From assembly GCA_964481395.1 (NCBI GenBank), contig CAYZYG010000002.1, positions 6,060 through 70,059 on the forward strand: a stretch of DNA of 64,000 bases, in the 5' to 3' direction. A program made the position numbers and the translations under genes. The DNA comes from an uncultured Vicinamibacterales bacterium. GTDB lineage: Bacteria; Acidobacteriota; Vicinamibacteria; Vicinamibacterales; JAKQTR01. The notes beneath the pieces were generated by a model. The model ran no database searches. It saw only the letters and a list, made by a program, of their open reading frames with translations, and had not been told where the DNA came from. Shown one piece after another: positions 20,322-29,085 of this stretch (position 1 is its first letter; each line of letters opens with the position of its first letter).

Positions 20322-22238
20322 TCACACCCGCAGGATGGCGTCGCGCTTGCACGCCTCGATGCAGGCGCCGCACTTGATGCACAGGTCCTGCTTGAGCAGG
20401 TGGGGGTACTTCACCTGGCCGGTGATGGCCCCCGTCGCGCACACGTTCACGCACGCATGGCAGCCGTCGCACTTCTCGGCCACGATTTCATAGTGGATAA
20501 GCGCCTGGCAGACCCCCGCCGGGCAGCGGTGCTCGCGGATGTGCGCGAGGTACTCGTCCCGGAAGTACCGCAGCGTCGAGAGCACCGGGTTCGGGGCCGA
20601 CGTCCCGAGCGCGCACAGGCAGGCGTCCTGCATGACGCCGCCCATCTCCTCCAGCAGGTCGAGGTCGCCCTCGTCGCCCTTGCCGTCGCAGATGCGCTGG
20701 AGCACGTCGAGCGAGCAGCGCAGGCCCTCGCGGCAGGGCGTGCACTTGCCGCACGACTCCTCGGTGAGGAAGGCGATGAAATAGCGGGCGACGTCCACCA
20801 TGCAGGTATGGTCGTCCATGACGATCATCCCGCCCGAGCCCATCATCGACCCCGCGGCCGTCAGGCTGTCGAAGTCCACCGGCATGTCGAGCAGCGACTC
20901 CGGGAGACAGCCGCCGGAGGGGCCTCCGGTCTGCACCGCCTTGAACGTCCGCCCGTGCGGAATGCCGCCGCCGATGTCGAAGATGATCTCGCGCAGCGTC
21001 ATGCCCATGGGCACTTCGATGAGCCCGGTGTTGTTCACCTTGCCGACGAGCGAGAACACCTTGGTGCCGGAGCTGCCGTTCCAGGGGTTCTCGCCCACCT
21101 CGCCGGTGCCCATCGAGGCGAACCACTCGGCTCCCCGGTTGATGATGAGGGGCACGTTCGCCCACGTCTCGACGTTGTTCAGGTTCGTCGGCTGGTTCTT
21201 GTAGCCGTACTCGACCGTGTGGATGTACTTGGCCCTCGGCTCGCCGACACGGCCCTCCAGGGACGCCATGAGCGCGGTCGACTCGCCGCAGACGAACGCG
21301 CCGGCACCCTGAACGACCTCGATGTCGAAGCTGAAATGCGTGCCGAGAATGTCCTGGCCGAGGAGCCCGCGGTCGCGCGCCTGTGTGAGGGCGATCCCCA
21401 GACGCTCGCGCGCGATCGGGTACTCGTGCCGGATGTACACGAAGCCCTGGTGCGCGCCGATCGCCCGGGCGCCGATGATCATGCCTTCGACGACGGCGTG
21501 CGGATCGCTCTCGATGATGCTGCGATCCATGAACGCGCCGGGATCACCTTCGTCGGCGTTGCAGACGACGACAGGGTCGACGCCCCGGTGCAGGGCCGCC
21601 TGACGGCACGTGGCCCACTTGATGCCGGCCGGGAAGCCCCCGCCGCCGCGCCCGCGCAGCCCCGAGAGCTTGATCTCGCGGATGATTTCGTCGGCGGTCA
21701 TCTGCGTCATCGCCCTGACCAGGGCGGTGTAGCCGTCCCGTGCGATGTAGTCCTCGATCCGTTCCGGGTCGATGATGCCGCGGTTGCGCAGCGCGACCAG
21801 CCGCTGCTTCGCGAAGAACGGGATCTCGGCCAGGGCCGGCACGGGCGCCGGCGCGCCGGGGGGCGTGTACATCAGCTTCGGCACCGGGCGATGGCTGACG
21901 AGGTGCTCCTGCACCAGCGTCGGCACGTCCTTCTCTTTCAGGCCGCAGTAGAAGACGCCGTCCGGCTGGACGATGGCCACGGGGCCCTCGGCGCAGAAAC
22001 CCTGGCATCCGGTGCGAACCACCTGCACCTGGTCGTGAAGGCCGTGCTTCGCGATCTCGCGCTCGAGCGCGGCCTGCACCGGCAGCGACGAGCAGGACAC
22101 GCATCCCGTGCCGGCGCAGACGAGCACGTGGGCGCGGCAGGGCGAGCCAGCCGCGGGCGGTCCACCCGTCCGCAGGGCGAGCGTCGGCGCGAGCTCGGCC
22201 CGCAGCCGCTTCAGTTCGTCGATGGTGAGTCTGGGCAT
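20322..22238 (-). CDS. NuoF/HoxF/HydB-like NAD(P)H-binding FMN iron-sulfur flavoprotein
   Basis: ORF trimmed to ATG 22238 (MPRLTIDELK). GLRGRGGGGFPAGIKW (FMN), NADEGDPGAFMDR (NADH) and ESCGKCTPCREG (4Fe-4S). N-terminal thioredoxin-like 2Fe-2S domain. C-terminal CDGCHACVNVC and CIKCGACIEAC. Confidence 0.93.
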   Translation of the reverse strand: MPRLTIDELKRLRAELAPTLALRTGGPPAAGSPCRAHVLVCAGTGCVSCSSLPVQAALEREIAKHGLHDQVQVVRTGCQGFCAEGPVAIVQPDGVFYCGLKEKDVPTLVQEHLVSHRPVPKLMYTPPGAPAPVPALAEIPFFAKQRLVALRNRGIIDPERIEDYIARDGYTALVRAMTQMTADEIIREIKLSGLRGRGGGGFPAGIKWATCRQAALHRGVDPVVVCNADEGDPGAFMDRSIIESDPHAVVEGMIIGARAIGAHQGFVYIRHEYPIARERLGIALTQARDRGLLGQDILGTHFSFDIEVVQGAGAFVCGESTALMASLEGRVGEPRAKYIHTVEYGYKNQPTNLNNVETWANVPLIINRGAEWFASMGTGEVGENPWNGSSGTKVFSLVGKVNNTGLIEVPMGMTLREIIFDIGGGIPHGRTFKAVQTGGPSGGCLPESLLDMPVDFDSLTAAGSMMGSGGMIVMDDHTCMVDVARYFIAFLTEESCGKCTPCREGLRCSLDVLQRICDGKGDEGDLDLLEEMGGVMQDACLCALGTSAPNPVLSTLRYFRDEYLAHIREHRCPAGVCQALIHYEIVAEKCDGCHACVNVCATGAITGQVKYPHLLKQDLCIKCGACIEACKRDAILRV

Positions 22239-22261
22239 CGGTCGTCTCCCTCGCGCGCCGA

Positions 22262-22741
22262 TCAGTGCGCCGTGGGCTTGTAGTCCTTGACGTACTTCTT
22301 CAGCATCCGCGGGATGCCCGCCTGCTTGATCTTGCCGTGCACGTCGGTGCCCACCGTGATCACCGGGGCGAGCCCGCAGCAGCCGAGGCAGTTCACCGTG
22401 TCGAGGCCGAACTCGAGATCGGGCGTCGTTTCGCCCTTCTGGATGCCCAGTTCGCGCGTGAGGGCATCGAGCAGGCGCGGGGCGCCCTGCACGTGACACG
22501 CGGTGCCCATGCAGACGTGGATGCGGTGCCGGCCCATCGGCTTCAGGCTGAAACCGCGGTAGAAGGTGGCGATGCTGAGCACCGACGTGACAGGGGTCTG
22601 CACCCGGGCCGCGATCGCCTCCAGGACCTCGCGGGGCAGGTAGCGGAACTCCTCCTGGCAGTCGAGGAGGATGGCGATGAGGGCCTCGCGGCGCCCCTCG
22701 TGCCGATCCACGATGCCGTCGACCGTGCTGAGGTCAATCAT
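22262..22741 (-). CDS. NuoE/HoxE-like thioredoxin-fold [2Fe-2S] subunit
   Basis: ORF trimmed to ATG 22741, which forms an ATGA overlap with the upstream stop. IAILLDCQEEFRYLP, VCMGTACHVQG and CLGCCGLAP. Confidence 0.9.
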   Translation of the reverse strand: MIDLSTVDGIVDRHEGRREALIAILLDCQEEFRYLPREVLEAIAARVQTPVTSVLSIATFYRGFSLKPMGRHRIHVCMGTACHVQGAPRLLDALTRELGIQKGETTPDLEFGLDTVNCLGCCGLAPVITVGTDVHGKIKQAGIPRMLKKYVKDYKPTAH

Positions 22742-23613
22742 GTCCGCGCTCCCTGGGGCGCGCCGGCCGGCGCCGGCGTGCGCCCGATCACCCTGGTGCC
22801 CATCCGGATCACGCGCGTGGCCGGTATGCGGCGGGCCGGGCACGCCTCCCAGCACGCACCGCAGCCCGTGCACTTATCCGTGTCCACGTAGCTGGCCTTG
22901 CGCCTGACCTTGACCGTGAAGTTGCCGATGAACCCGCTCACCTCTTCGACCTCGCTGTAGGCCATCAGGTGGATGTTCGGGTGTTTGCCGACCTGCGTCA
23001 TCTTCGGCGTGAGGATGCAGGCCGCGCAGTCCAGCGTCGGGAACGTCTTGTCGAAGTGCGCCATGTGGCCGCCGATGCTCGGCTCGCGCTCGACCAGGTA
23101 CACCTGCTTGCCGGCCGCGGCCATGGTCAGGGCCGCGGAGATGCCGGCGATGCCGCCGCCCACGATGAGGACGTTGGGGTTGATCGGCGTCTTCGACCGC
23201 TCGAGGGCGTGGTGCAGCGCGACGCGGCGGACCGCCGCGGTCAGCAGGAGGCGCGCCTTCTGCGTGGCCCGGTCCGCGTCCGCCGTCACCCACGAGACCT
23301 GTTCGCGGATGTTGACCATCTGGTAGAGGTACGGGTTGAGGCCCTGGTCCTCGAGGACGGCCCTGAACGTCGGCTCGTGCATCAGGGGAGAGCAGGAGGC
23401 CACGACGAGGTGGGTGATGCCCGCGCGCGCGATGTCGTCCTTGATCAGCTGCTGCCCCGGGTCGGAGCACATGAACTTGTACGTCTTCGCGAGCGCGACG
23501 TTCGGCAGGGTGGCGGCGTACTTCTGCAGGGCGTCGACGTCCACGCGGCTCGCGATGTTCAGGCCGCAGTGGCAGATGTAGACCCCGATGCAGCAGGTGT
23601 CGTCGGCTGGCAT
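22738..23613 (-). CDS. hdrA: heterodisulfide reductase subunit A, N-terminal half only
   Basis: IGVYICHCGLNIASRVDV, VVASCSPLMHEPTFR, VLIVGGGIAGISAAL (FAD) and DKTFPTLDCAACILTPKM. It ends just after the first ferredoxin motif (DKCTGCGACWEACP) plus a 32-aa tail. Confidence 0.9.
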   Translation of the reverse strand: MPADDTCCIGVYICHCGLNIASRVDVDALQKYAATLPNVALAKTYKFMCSDPGQQLIKDDIARAGITHLVVASCSPLMHEPTFRAVLEDQGLNPYLYQMVNIREQVSWVTADADRATQKARLLLTAAVRRVALHHALERSKTPINPNVLIVGGGIAGISAALTMAAAGKQVYLVEREPSIGGHMAHFDKTFPTLDCAACILTPKMTQVGKHPNIHLMAYSEVEEVSGFIGNFTVKVRRKASYVDTDKCTGCGACWEACPARRIPATRVIRMGTRVIGRTPAPAGAPQGART

Positions 23614-23632
23614 GGCGCGCTCCCCTCCGGAC

Positions 23633-24499
23633 CTAGGCCATCACCGGCAGCGGGGCTGCCGTGACGAAGTTGCGGTGCAGCCCCAGCGACGCGGGCGACA
23701 GGCCGAACGCCACGCCCATGAGCTGGGTGAAGTAGGCCACCGACAGGTGCGCGTCCTCCCTGAAGGCGCGCGTCATCTTGTCCTGGTAGGCCTCGAGATT
23801 GAACTGGCACAGCGGGCACAGCGTGGCGACGACGTTGGCGCCTCTGGTCTTGGCTTCCTTCAGCAGAAGGAAGGTGAGCCGCACGCCGATGTCCTCCATC
23901 GTGCCCATGAGCGAGCCGCCGCAGCAGCGGGCCTTGAGGGGATAGTCGACGACCCGGGCGCCAAGCAGGGGCATCAGGCGTTCGAGCGATGTGGGGCGCA
24001 GCGGGTCGTCGAAGGTGCCGTACGGGCGGACGACTTGGCAGCCGTAGTACGGCGCCACCCGGAACTCCGAGAGCGGCCGGACGACCTTTGCACGGATGAG
24101 CGCCGGGTCGACGTCGTTGACGAGGATGTCCAGCGGGTGGCGCACGGACAGGTGGCCCGTGTAGGCGAGGCCGACCGTCGCGAGGCCCTTCCGCACCTTC
24201 TCGGCGACGTGCGGGTACTCGGCCATGGCATGCTGAGCCTTGACGAGCACCAGGTAGCAGGCGGCGCACGGGGCCACCACCTCGCGGCCCAGCCGTTCGG
24301 CCATCGCCAGGTTGCGTGCGGCGAGCGCCACCGCCTTCTGCTGGCGGACGGACATGTAGGACGTGGCCCCGCAGCAGTTCCAGTCCTCGAGTTCCTCGAG
24401 CCCGAGGCCGAGGTGCGCGAAGATCGCCCGCAGCGACTCGTCGTACGGCTTGCCGAGCCCGCTCAGCGAGCAGCCGGGGTAGTAGGTGTAGGTGGTCAT
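23633..24499 (-). CDS. hdrB: heterodisulfide reductase subunit B (two CCG domains)
   Basis: YYPGCSL, DWNCCGATS, PCAACY, YYGCQ, KARCCGGSL and CPLCQFN. Confidence 0.9.
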   Translation of the reverse strand: MTTYTYYPGCSLSGLGKPYDESLRAIFAHLGLGLEELEDWNCCGATSYMSVRQQKAVALAARNLAMAERLGREVVAPCAACYLVLVKAQHAMAEYPHVAEKVRKGLATVGLAYTGHLSVRHPLDILVNDVDPALIRAKVVRPLSEFRVAPYYGCQVVRPYGTFDDPLRPTSLERLMPLLGARVVDYPLKARCCGGSLMGTMEDIGVRLTFLLLKEAKTRGANVVATLCPLCQFNLEAYQDKMTRAFREDAHLSVAYFTQLMGVAFGLSPASLGLHRNFVTAAPLPVMA

Positions 24500-24500
24500 C

Positions 24501-25082
24501 TCACGATTCCTCCACCGAGTCGAGCACGGCCTTGAGCTGCTCGGGGTGCTGGATCCGTTCCTGGCCGAGGACCATGCGGCCCGTCCTGAGCAGCTTGAGA
24601 CCCTGGGGGGCCATCCTCAGAAGACCGAGCGGGTTCGTCTTCATGGCCAGCTGGATGACGAGGCGCGACTCGGAGTTGCGTCCGTGCCTGGCGACCATGT
24701 CGTAGAACGAGCGGGCCAGCACCGGAATGGGGAACCGCTTCGGGTACATGCCCTTCTCGATCGCGCGCCGCTTGATGGCGTACATCAGGTCGGTGACCTT
24801 GATGCCGCGCGGGCAGCGGACCTGGCACTCGTAGCACGAGGCGCAGAGCCACGGCGTGGCCGACTGGAGCACGTCGCGCTCGAGGCCGGAACGCGTGAGC
24901 GCGATGAGCCGCCGCGGCGTCAGGTCCATGTACACCGACATCGGGCAGGCGCCGCTGCAGGTGCCGCACTGGATGCAGTCCCGGAGGGCTTCGCCGCCCA
25001 GCTTCGCCATGACCTCGGCCGGGAACGCCGGGTTCACGTCCTCGGCGTACCGACAGTGGGTCGTTGCCTGTTCCACGACCAC
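24501..25082 (-). CDS. hdrC: heterodisulfide reductase subunit C (2x[4Fe-4S])
   Basis: CIQCGTCSGACP and CASCYECQVRCP. One nt separates it from hdrB. GTG start, which is uncertain. Confidence 0.85.
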   Translation of the reverse strand: MVVEQATTHCRYAEDVNPAFPAEVMAKLGGEALRDCIQCGTCSGACPMSVYMDLTPRRLIALTRSGLERDVLQSATPWLCASCYECQVRCPRGIKVTDLMYAIKRRAIEKGMYPKRFPIPVLARSFYDMVARHGRNSESRLVIQLAMKTNPLGLLRMAPQGLKLLRTGRMVLGQERIQHPEQLKAVLDSVEES

Positions 25083-25509
25083 ACCTCCTCTACTCTGTCT
25101 GGGGATGTCCGGAGGGAACCGCTCACAACCATGGTCCGCACCGAATGGCGGGGCTGTTCACGGGGGCCGAGGCGCCCTGCATGGAAACGACACGCGCGTG
25201 CCGGACACATGCAGTTGGCCGTGTGGCCGTCGGAGGGGGCGCGGCGTCGGGCCGCTGTGTGGCGAACGGGCGACCGGCCAGCGTTGCCATCAGCGTACGG
25301 TCGGTATGCACCAGGTGCAAGAGGAATGACCGAGTGAGTTGATAGGGAATCCTGACAATCTGCCAGCGTCACGCAGGTCTGCGCCGATCTCCACGCAGAA
25401 TACCCGCGGTTCTGCCGCTTGACGGATTCCGAGTATCGCGGTAGGAATTAAGGGCCCCCATTGCCGGCCGCGGCCCCTCCGCGGTCCCGTCCCCGTTGTC
25501 GAGGTCGCC

Positions 25510-26034
25510 ATGAGGATGAACACCCGCGGTCGGTACGGTATCCAGCTGCTGACACAGCTGGCCTGTCACATCACCGACAAGCGGCCGATCGGTCTCCGCC
25601 AGATCGCGGACCGCACGGGCCTCCCGTGGCGGTACCTCGAGCAGATCGCCCGCCCGCTGCGGCGGGCGTCGATCATCAAGGGGCGCATCGGGCGCGTCGG
25701 CGGCTACGAACTCGCGCGCGAGCCCGAGGCCATCACGCTGCGCGAAGTCATCGAGGCGACCGACGGACCGTTGTGCCTGATGAACTGCGTGGACACGCCT
25801 GCCGTGTGCGACCACAGCGCGACCTGCCCGTCGCGGACGATGTGGGTGTCGCTCACGAACGACATCCGCGACGTGCTCGGCCGCTACTCGCTGGCGGACC
25901 TCGCGACACGTCCGTGCGCGGAATGTCAGGAGCTGGCCGAGAAGGCTCACGACGCGCGCGAACGCCGGAAGCACGCTCCGGCCCGGCCGAAACGCCCGGG
26001 CAAGGCCTGGCGCTTTCTGCGCACGATGGAGTAG
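25510..26034 (+). CDS. Rrf2-family (IscR/NsrR-like) transcriptional regulator
   Basis: MRMNTRGRYGIQLLTQLA...LRQIADRTGLPWRYLEQIARPL winged helix. Cys cluster CLMNCVDTPAVCDHSATC. Divergent from the hdr operon. Confidence 0.9.
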   Translation: MRMNTRGRYGIQLLTQLACHITDKRPIGLRQIADRTGLPWRYLEQIARPLRRASIIKGRIGRVGGYELAREPEAITLREVIEATDGPLCLMNCVDTPAVCDHSATCPSRTMWVSLTNDIRDVLGRYSLADLATRPCAECQELAEKAHDARERRKHAPARPKRPGKAWRFLRTME

Positions 26035-26053
26035 GGGAGGCGGGATTCTCAAT

Positions 26054-26158
26054 GGGACCGGGGATCGGGGACCGGGGATCGGATGTGGATGTTCCCAGTC
26101 CCCCATCGTCGTCCTCTCTCCGGCTGAGCCAATCCCCAGTCTCCAACCCCCAATCGCC
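26054..26158 (+). repeat. composite intergenic repeat, type B copy 2
   Basis: GGGACCGGGGATCGGGGACCGGGGATCGGATGTGGATGTTCCCAGTCCCCC...CCAATCCCCAGTCTCCAACCCCCAATCGCC. It is the reverse complement of the 11369-11470 element and starts 20 nt after the rrf2 stop. Confidence 0.8.
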
Positions 26159-26274
26159 ACTGCCCCCTCGAGAACGGCGGACGCGCCGCGCGGCTCGACA
26201 CCGGCGCCCGCTTCGGGGTAAGGTGCCCCGTCCTCGCGATTCGTTCGCCGGTTTCCATTTGTTCTGGAGGATGA

Positions 26275-29085
26275 GTGATGTTCACTGACAGGACCCTGGC
26301 GTGGAAAGGCCGGGCTGCCGGCCGCACGCTCGCGATGTCGGCCCTCGTGGTGCTGGCGTCGGCGCTGGTGCTGGCCCAGGCACCGGTGCAACCGGTGCAG
26401 GAGAAACCCGAAACCGCCGCCAAGCCGAAAGCCGAGTTGACCTGGGCCGACAAACTGCTGCAGCAGGAGAGCTATGCCACCCCGCCCGAAGAGATTGCCT
26501 CGGCGGTGCTGGCTCCCCGAGAGCTGAACGTCGCGCTCACGAACCCCAGCCCGGACAAGAAGTGGTTCCTGGACGAGATCGGCGACGGCCCGGTACCGAT
26601 GAGCACGTTCTCGAAGCCCTTCCACGAGCTCGGCGGCGTGTTCATCGACTTCAAGGCGAACCGGGCGCGGGCGCTCACGATTCGCAACAACGTCGGCATC
26701 CAGATCATCTCGGCCGCCGACGGGACCATCAGGACGGTGCAGGTCCCGAAGGGCGCGCGCGTGTCGAATGCGACGTGGTCTCCCGACGGTTCGACCATCG
26801 CGTACTTCGTCCACGGCGAGGACGCGACCCACATCTGGGCGGCCGACGTCGCGACCCTGACGTCCCGGCAGGTGACGACGCGTCCGGTGCTGGCGACGCT
26901 CGTGTCGAGCTTCGAGTTCACCAAGGACGGGAAGAAGATCGTGACCGTCCTCGTGCCGGAGAGCCGCCGGCCGATGCCCACGCTGGCGACCGCCCCCACC
27001 GGGCCCGAGGTGAAGATTTCGGATTCCGGCGACCGGAACCGGCTGCGGACCTTCCCGAGCCTGATGGGAACGCCGCAGGAACTCGACCTGCTCGAGTGGC
27101 ACGCCACCGGCCAGCTCGCCCTGGTCGATCTGCCCGATCCGGCGGCGAAGCCCGCTCGGCGGCCTGCACGCGGAGGCCCCACACCGGGCCTGACGCCAAT
27201 CGGCAAGCCGGACATGATCCGCAGCACGGACGTGTCGCCCGACGGTCAGTTCGTCCGCGTGAACCGGCTGGTGAAGCCATTCTCGTACATCGTGCCGGTG
27301 AGCAGCTTCGGCTACGTCGATGAGATCTGGGACCTGAAGGGGCAGGCCCTCGCGAAGATCTCGGACCGCGAACTCAACCTGGGCGTGGCCGACGACACGG
27401 CGCCGCCCCCCGATCCGGCTGCCGGAGGCCGGGGCGGAGCGGCCCAGGCGGCCGGCAAGCGTGAGGTCGCGTGGCGACCCGACGGCCAGGGGCTGACGTT
27501 CCTGGAGCAGGAGCCGGCGCCTCCTGCCGGCGAGGGCACCGCCGCTGCCGGGGGCCGGGGTGCCGGAGGGCGCGGTGCGGGTCGCGGGGCCGCACAGGCC
27601 GCCGGCGACGAGCAGGAACGGCCGCAGGCCGCCCGCCGGAAGGACCGCGTGTTCCAGTGGCTCCCGCCGTTCGACGAGAAGAGCCTGAAGATCGTCTGCG
27701 AGAGCAATACCCGGATGTCCGGCCACCGCTTCTCGCCTGACATGCAGATGCTCTTCGCCTCGGAGCGGTCGGGCCAGGACACGGTGGAGTTCGCCGTCGA
27801 CCTAAAGGCGCCGGAGAAGCGGTTCACGCTCGCGCGCTATCGCGCGGACGACATCTACGCGAATCCCGGCTCGATCGCGATGACGCGCGGGGATGGTGGC
27901 GGCGGCCGTGGCGGCGGCGGGCGCGGCGGGGCTGGCGGTGGAGGGGGCGGGACGGTCCTGCTCTCGGCCGACGGATCGAGCGTCTTCTATCAGGGAACGG
28001 CCTACGACAAGGCCCCCGAGGCAAACGGACCGAAGACGTTCATCGACCGGGTTGCCATCCGAACCGGCGAGAAGAAGCGGATCTACGAAAGCTCCAACAG
28101 CGGCGTTTTCGAGCGGGTCGCCACGATCCTGGATCCCGACGCCGGCCGCTACATCGTCAGCCGTGAGAGCCCGACGGAGATCAACCAAGCCTGGCTGGTC
28201 GACGGCAGCCAGCGGACGCAGCTCACGAAGAACGAGGACTTCACGCCAGATCTCACTCGGGCGCGGAAGGAGCGGATCTTCGTCGAGCGGCCGGACGGGT
28301 TCAAGTTCCGCGTCACGGTGACGATGCCGGCCGGCCACAGGGACGGCCAGCGCCTGCCCGCGATGTTCTGGTTCTACCCGCGCGAGTACCCGACGCAGGA
28401 GGAGTACGACCGGGGCATGCGGACGTTCAACAAGAACGCGTTCCAGACCTTCAGTGCCCGTTCAATGCACTTCCTCGTGCGCCTCGGGTACGCGGTGGTC
28501 GAGCCGGACTCACCCATCGTCGGGCCGCAGGGGCAGATGAACAACAACTACGTGCACGACCTCAGGACCAACCTGTGGGCGGTGATCGAGGAGCTGGACC
28601 GGCGGCAGTGGATCGATCGGAACCGCCTCGGCATCGGCGGGCACAGCTACGGGGCGTTCTCGACGGTGAACGCGATGGTGCACACGCCCTTCTTCAAGGC
28701 GGGCATCGCCGGTGACGGTGCGTACAACCGCACGCTCACGCCCTTCGGCTTCCAGAGCGAGCGGCGCGACCTGTGGGAGGCGCCGAACGTGTACCTGGGC
28801 ATGTCGCCGTTCCTCTACGCGAACAACCTCACCGGCGCGCTCCTGATGTACCACGGGCTCCACGATCAGAACGTCGGAACGGACCCCCAGAACTCGATCC
28901 GGATGTTCCACGCGCTGAACGGGCTCGGCAAGACGACGGCGATGTACCTGTATCCGCTCGAGGATCACGGGCCGGCGGCCAAGGAGACGCTGCTGGACCT
29001 GTGGGCCCGCTGGGCCGCGTGGCTGGACAAGTACGTGAAGAACCCGGTCAAGGAAGAGAAGCCGAAGCCGGAAGCGAAGAAGTGA
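26275..29085 (+). CDS. S9-family (prolyl oligopeptidase/DPP-type) serine peptidase with N-terminal beta-propeller, secreted
   Basis: Signal-like LAMSALVVLASALVLAQAP. TolB-like repeats (WSPDGSTIAYF). Catalytic GIGGHSYGAFS, HGLHDQNV and LEDHG. Three Gly/Arg/Ala low-complexity inserts. Confidence 0.85.
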   Translation: MMFTDRTLAWKGRAAGRTLAMSALVVLASALVLAQAPVQPVQEKPETAAKPKAELTWADKLLQQESYATPPEEIASAVLAPRELNVALTNPSPDKKWFLDEIGDGPVPMSTFSKPFHELGGVFIDFKANRARALTIRNNVGIQIISAADGTIRTVQVPKGARVSNATWSPDGSTIAYFVHGEDATHIWAADVATLTSRQVTTRPVLATLVSSFEFTKDGKKIVTVLVPESRRPMPTLATAPTGPEVKISDSGDRNRLRTFPSLMGTPQELDLLEWHATGQLALVDLPDPAAKPARRPARGGPTPGLTPIGKPDMIRSTDVSPDGQFVRVNRLVKPFSYIVPVSSFGYVDEIWDLKGQALAKISDRELNLGVADDTAPPPDPAAGGRGGAAQAAGKREVAWRPDGQGLTFLEQEPAPPAGEGTAAAGGRGAGGRGAGRGAAQAAGDEQERPQAARRKDRVFQWLPPFDEKSLKIVCESNTRMSGHRFSPDMQMLFASERSGQDTVEFAVDLKAPEKRFTLARYRADDIYANPGSIAMTRGDGGGGRGGGGRGGAGGGGGGTVLLSADGSSVFYQGTAYDKAPEANGPKTFIDRVAIRTGEKKRIYESSNSGVFERVATILDPDAGRYIVSRESPTEINQAWLVDGSQRTQLTKNEDFTPDLTRARKERIFVERPDGFKFRVTVTMPAGHRDGQRLPAMFWFYPREYPTQEEYDRGMRTFNKNAFQTFSARSMHFLVRLGYAVVEPDSPIVGPQGQMNNNYVHDLRTNLWAVIEELDRRQWIDRNRLGIGGHSYGAFSTVNAMVHTPFFKAGIAGDGAYNRTLTPFGFQSERRDLWEAPNVYLGMSPFLYANNLTGALLMYHGLHDQNVGTDPQNSIRMFHALNGLGKTTAMYLYPLEDHGPAAKETLLDLWARWAAWLDKYVKNPVKEEKPKPEAKK

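Noticed and set aside
26049-26146. Recurrent peptide strings in many track ORFs (PIPGPRSPVP, DRGPGTGDRG, GDWGHPQLIPDPRS, LEPSRRRQSAKRP), which could be mistaken for a repeated protein domain.
   Set aside because: They are translations of the heptad arrays, the GGGGACATCCACA core and the type C arms. They appear in different frames and on both strands, always between real genes.
25369-27726. 785-aa minus-strand ORF spanning the rrf2 gene, a repeat element and the start of the S9 peptidase gene.
   Set aside because: It runs antisense to two well-supported genes and through an intergenic repeat. It has shadow-ORF composition and no recognisable domain.
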